A stretch of 64,000 nt of DNA, from assembly GCA_963693365.1 (NCBI GenBank), contig CAVNZM010000002.1, positions 496,001 to 560,000 on the forward strand, in the 5' to 3' direction. The notes beneath the pieces are model-generated. The model made no database searches. It had not been told where the DNA came from and was given only the letters and a program-made list of their open reading frames with translations. A program made the position numbers and the translations under genes. Source of the DNA: Amoebidium appalachense. Taxonomy: Eukaryota > Protista > Ichthyosporea. Of the stretch, positions 63,575-64,000 are shown one piece after another. Within the stretch, counting starts at the first letter, position 1. Each line of letters opens with the position of its first letter.

Positions 63575-64000
63575 GAAGGCGGGCAAGGGACTGGTCTCTC
63601 CCCAGTAGAACATAATGTATTTGATTTAATAGCAGAGCTGGAACTGTGTTCCCCTCTGGCAGATAAATTGCAAAACAAATCTACTGGTGCGGAAATTTCT
63701 GTTGTCTCGGAGCCCTCCCACGAATCTGCATGTGCCCCACCCCCCCACGAACAGTTACCCCCGTGTACTGACCCCCCCATGCACACGCACACCCCGCCCC
63801 CGCGCAAAAAGAAAAATGTGCATTTTGCTGACCGTGTGCACTCCTCCATTGCAGAACCACGGCATGAAAATGCCACTGTGTGCACATTAACCCACAAAAA
63901 TAAATGCACAGCCACACTTGCGCGAATGTATGTGCATGGGAAGCTAGTCACAGTAGTTGTCGACTCTGGTGCTAGCCATAGCTGTATAAGCACAGCATTT
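63575..64000 (+). CDS. pol: Start of pol (aspartic protease), in frame with gag after a single TAG; truncated by window end
   Basis: Stop-free frame from 63575 reads ...VHGKLVTVVVDSGASHSCISTAF, with the catalytic GAC at 63962. Confidence 0.85.

Larger units (their letters stand above)
60907..64000 (+). mobile_element. Ty3/gypsy-like LTR retrotransposon, 5' part: LTR 60907-61520, PBS-like TTGGCGACC 61521-61529, gag, start of protease
   Basis: LTR termini TGTAAACA...TGTTTACA, internal TATATAAA and ATTAAA, TGG-initiated PBS immediately after, gag and DSGA protease downstream. Confidence 0.88.

Overview
Eukaryotic genomic DNA, most likely from a unicellular holozoan such as an ichthyosporean (inferred from gene content, not proven). 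Introns are packed with poly-C/G, (CA)n/(GT)n and (GA)n tracts, so most listed ORFs are low-complexity artefacts. Spliced genes reconstructed by hand: cyclin G/I-like (minus, runs off the left edge), glutathione reductase (12 exons, hosting an intronic tRNA-Tyr), an animal-type double-finger GATA factor, ORC6, a bHLH-Zip-PAS factor, a secreted Cys-rich protein and a TMEM170-family protein. Mobile DNA: a hAT MITE, a Tc1/mariner MITE, a 3' LINE fragment, a Penelope-like RT fragment and the 5' part of a Ty3/gypsy-like LTR element with a candidate UAG readthrough. The most striking observation is a family of roughly 250-380 nt non-coding repeats (about 14 copies or fragments) anchored in poly-C tracts. 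Its covarying fold contains all hammerhead-ribozyme core motifs (CUGAGGA, GAAA, GUU) but in a strand order that matches none of types I-III, plus a conserved palindromic loop. This suggests a split, possibly dimer-activated hammerhead in a Penelope-dependent non-autonomous element; activity is untested.
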